Shown: piece by piece, positions 5,794 through 7,265 of the stretch
Layout of the letters: the number at the start of each line of letters is the position of its first letter
How positions within the stretch are numbered: position 1 is the first letter of the stretch
Origin: Candidatus Auribacterota bacterium
Lineage (GTDB): Bacteria; Auribacterota; UBA6266
Direction of reading: 5' to 3'
Length of the DNA: 7,265 nt
Assembly: GCA_023136205.1 (NCBI GenBank)
Contig: JAGLRQ010000157.1
Span: 1-7,265, forward strand
Position numbers and translations under genes: made by a program
The notes under the pieces: generated by a model
Database searches by the model: none
Seen by the model: only the letters and a program-made list of their open reading frames with translations
Told to the model about the DNA's origin: nothing

Positions 5794-7265
5794 CTACTGT
5801 TCCCAGATATTCAGGCTGGCGTCCCTGTTATGCCAGCTTACTTTTCTTTCCGGCAGTTCAAATTCAATCTTGTTAAAAATGTTTCCTTCTTCAAGATTTA
5901 CGGAGCCCACAATTTTCGTTTTCCTGTCATTTATAAGCGCTGTTGAATTGGGAAGATCAATTATCGAACCCGCGCCGTCCAGATTAACATATACATCTTC
6001 TATTTTATTTTTCCCGGCATATCCATCTCTGATTGATAGTTTTCCCTTTGTATAAATATAGGAAGGGCTTCCCGTCAAATGAATATCGCCGCTAACAACT
6101 CCCCCGTAAATCACACCCGAAGGTTCTGTCGCAAGTTTTCTTATGGAAGCCAATTCAAAACCATCGATTTCAAACAGCATATCCATCTTAGCGGGAATAT
6201 TAAAATCAAAATATCCTGTTAATTTTATATATTTATCTATGCTTAAAGAATCCATTGTAACTCTTCCCTCTTTCACCCTGCCATTCCCAACCACATCATC
6301 AAATATCAAAGGCCCTATCTTTAAAAAGGTTGACTCTACTTTCATGTCATCAATATAATGGCCTTTGCTTTCTTCTTCCGCTTTGAGATATCCGGTAATA
6401 TCAAGCTGCGTTTTAACCGGAATAGAATGATATTTCAAATCATCAATGCTCAAAGTCACCTTGATATTATGATCTTTAACATCAAGGACTATCCCGGCAA
6501 CTCCATTTTCTAACTTTGCTGTATACTTACCTTCCGCATTCCAGTTATCACGTTTTCCATATATTTTTCCGTTTCCTTCAATTGTGGTATCATCGAAAAA
6601 ATTCCTGCTTCCGGGATTAAAAAAAAGTTTGTATTCGGAAAACTTTACAGGTTTAGAAATAAATTCGATTGAAAAGCTTTCGTCCGGACGAAACCCCCAA
6701 TATCCTTTTATCTCCAATTTATCATCAATTGTGATTTTCTCGATCTTAACCTTTCCGTCTTGAGCATATGCGGAACCTTTTATCCTCATTTTGTCAAACC
6801 TGGAAATAAGCTTAATATCACCGTTCATTTCCCATTGTTCCATATGCCCCTTGAGCGTTACAATTCCTGACACGGGAATATCATCAAACCAGCTTTTTTT
6901 TAAATCAGGCCTGAGCAAATTCTTTATATCCTCTATCTTCGTTTCATTGAAATCAACTTTCAAATCGATCTCAGGTTGTTCGGCAAAATAAATATTCCCT
7001 TCAATAAGAAGATTTTCCATAGCATTTAAACTTTGCAGTGTTATATGCCCCATCTCAGCCAGTATAATTCCGCTTAAATCCGCCTTCCCTCCGTTCCCAA
7101 GCAAAAACATGCCTTCATCGGCCATTATTTTTAAACCGTTATCTGTAAGTTCCGTGCTATGTGCAACTAGAGAAAACGAGAAATTTTCAGTAAATTCATC
7201 ATTTAAACTTCCTCCATGAAATCCCTTTATAGAAAGTCCATTTACAGGGCCTTTAAAACTTACGG
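5794..7265 (-). CDS. C-terminal part of a large beta-strand-rich envelope protein, tentatively TamB/AsmA-like; 5' end outside the window
   Basis: The track gives 5794-7125 (443 aa). I translated 7126-7263 in the same frame and found no stop (...VSFKGPVNGLSIKGFHGGSLNDEFTENFSFSLVAHSTELTDNGLKI-MADEG...). The 7125 ATG has no ribosome-binding site, so the gene most likely continues upstream. Composition alternates polar and hydrophobic residues, is rich in G/D/K/I and has no long helices. It carries recurring G-x-(I/V)-x-(L/I)-x-G-(6-8 residues)-G-x-(I/L/Y) motifs of the kind I associate with TamB/AsmA-family repeats. That it is a real CDS is solid. The family assignment is tentative. Confidence 0.6.
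   Translation of the reverse strand, partial: VSFKGPVNGLSIKGFHGGSLNDEFTENFSFSLVAHSTELTDNGLKIMADEGMFLLGNGGKADLSGIILAEMGHITLQSLNAMENLLIEGNIYFAEQPEIDLKVDFNETKIEDIKNLLRPDLKKSWFDDIPVSGIVTLKGHMEQWEMNGDIKLISRFDKMRIKGSAYAQDGKVKIEKITIDDKLEIKGYWGFRPDESFSIEFISKPVKFSEYKLFFNPGSRNFFDDTTIEGNGKIYGKRDNWNAEGKYTAKLENGVAGIVLDVKDHNIKVTLSIDDLKYHSIPVKTQLDITGYLKAEEESKGHYIDDMKVESTFLKIGPLIFDDVVGNGRVKEGRVTMDSLSIDKYIKLTGYFDFNIPAKMDMLFEIDGFELASIRKLATEPSGVIYGGVVSGDIHLTGSPSYIYTKGKLSIRDGYAGKNKIEDVYVNLDGAGSIIDLPNSTALINDRKTKIVGSVNLEEGNIFNKIEFELPERKVSWHNRDASLNIWEQ

Noticed and set aside
929-6991. Thirteen plus-strand ORFs from the track: 929-1225, 1047-1547, 1750-2055, 2402-2662, 2619-2927, 3078-3287, 3528-3881, 4271-4474, 4878-5219, 5297-5536, 5639-6055, 6143-6358 and 6791-6991.
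   Set aside because: Each lies entirely antisense to a minus-strand gene with strong family motifs. Their products are low-complexity (F/I/L/S/P/N-rich) with no recognisable domains and no ribosome-binding sites. Long antisense shadow ORFs are expected in AT-rich coding DNA.
1-7265. CRISPR arrays, tRNA or other structured RNAs, IS or transposase remnants, integrase genes and long direct or inverted DNA repeats.
   Set aside because: Reading both strands showed none. Coding density is essentially 100 percent on one strand, and the only repeat signal is the protein-level TPR and beta-motif periodicity.

Overview
The window is AT-rich (high-30s % GC by eye) and fully coding. It holds eight co-directional minus-strand genes. 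Gaps are 39 nt or less, and one junction is a 4-nt ATGA stop/start overlap, so it looks like one long polycistron whose promoter and terminator lie outside the window. In transcription order (high to low coordinates): (1) the C-terminal 490 or more codons of a large beta-strand-rich envelope protein with TamB/AsmA-like motifs, whose frame is still open at the right edge; (2-4) a minimal MCE-type lipid ABC transporter, mlaE permease, mlaF ATPase and an elongated mlaD; (5) a signal-peptide-bearing protein with six exact tandem 34-residue TPR units; (6) a YacL-type membrane-anchored PIN+TRAM protein; (7) ispD; (8) the N-terminal 99 codons of ispF, running off the left edge. I found no tRNA, rRNA, CRISPR array, mobile element, long repeat or intergenic hairpin. 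Every plus-strand ORF in the track is antisense to a well-supported gene and is rejected. I see no clearly new defence or mobile system. The most interesting content is the envelope-lipid module: a TamB/AsmA-like gene, mlaEFD without mlaA/B/C, a long MlaD and a co-transcribed periplasmic TPR protein, joined to a Firmicute-style yacL-ispD-ispF block. A smaller point is a His-to-Tyr change in the normally conserved HSDxDV motif of IspF. All family assignments come from motif recognition by eye and need profile or structure searches to confirm.
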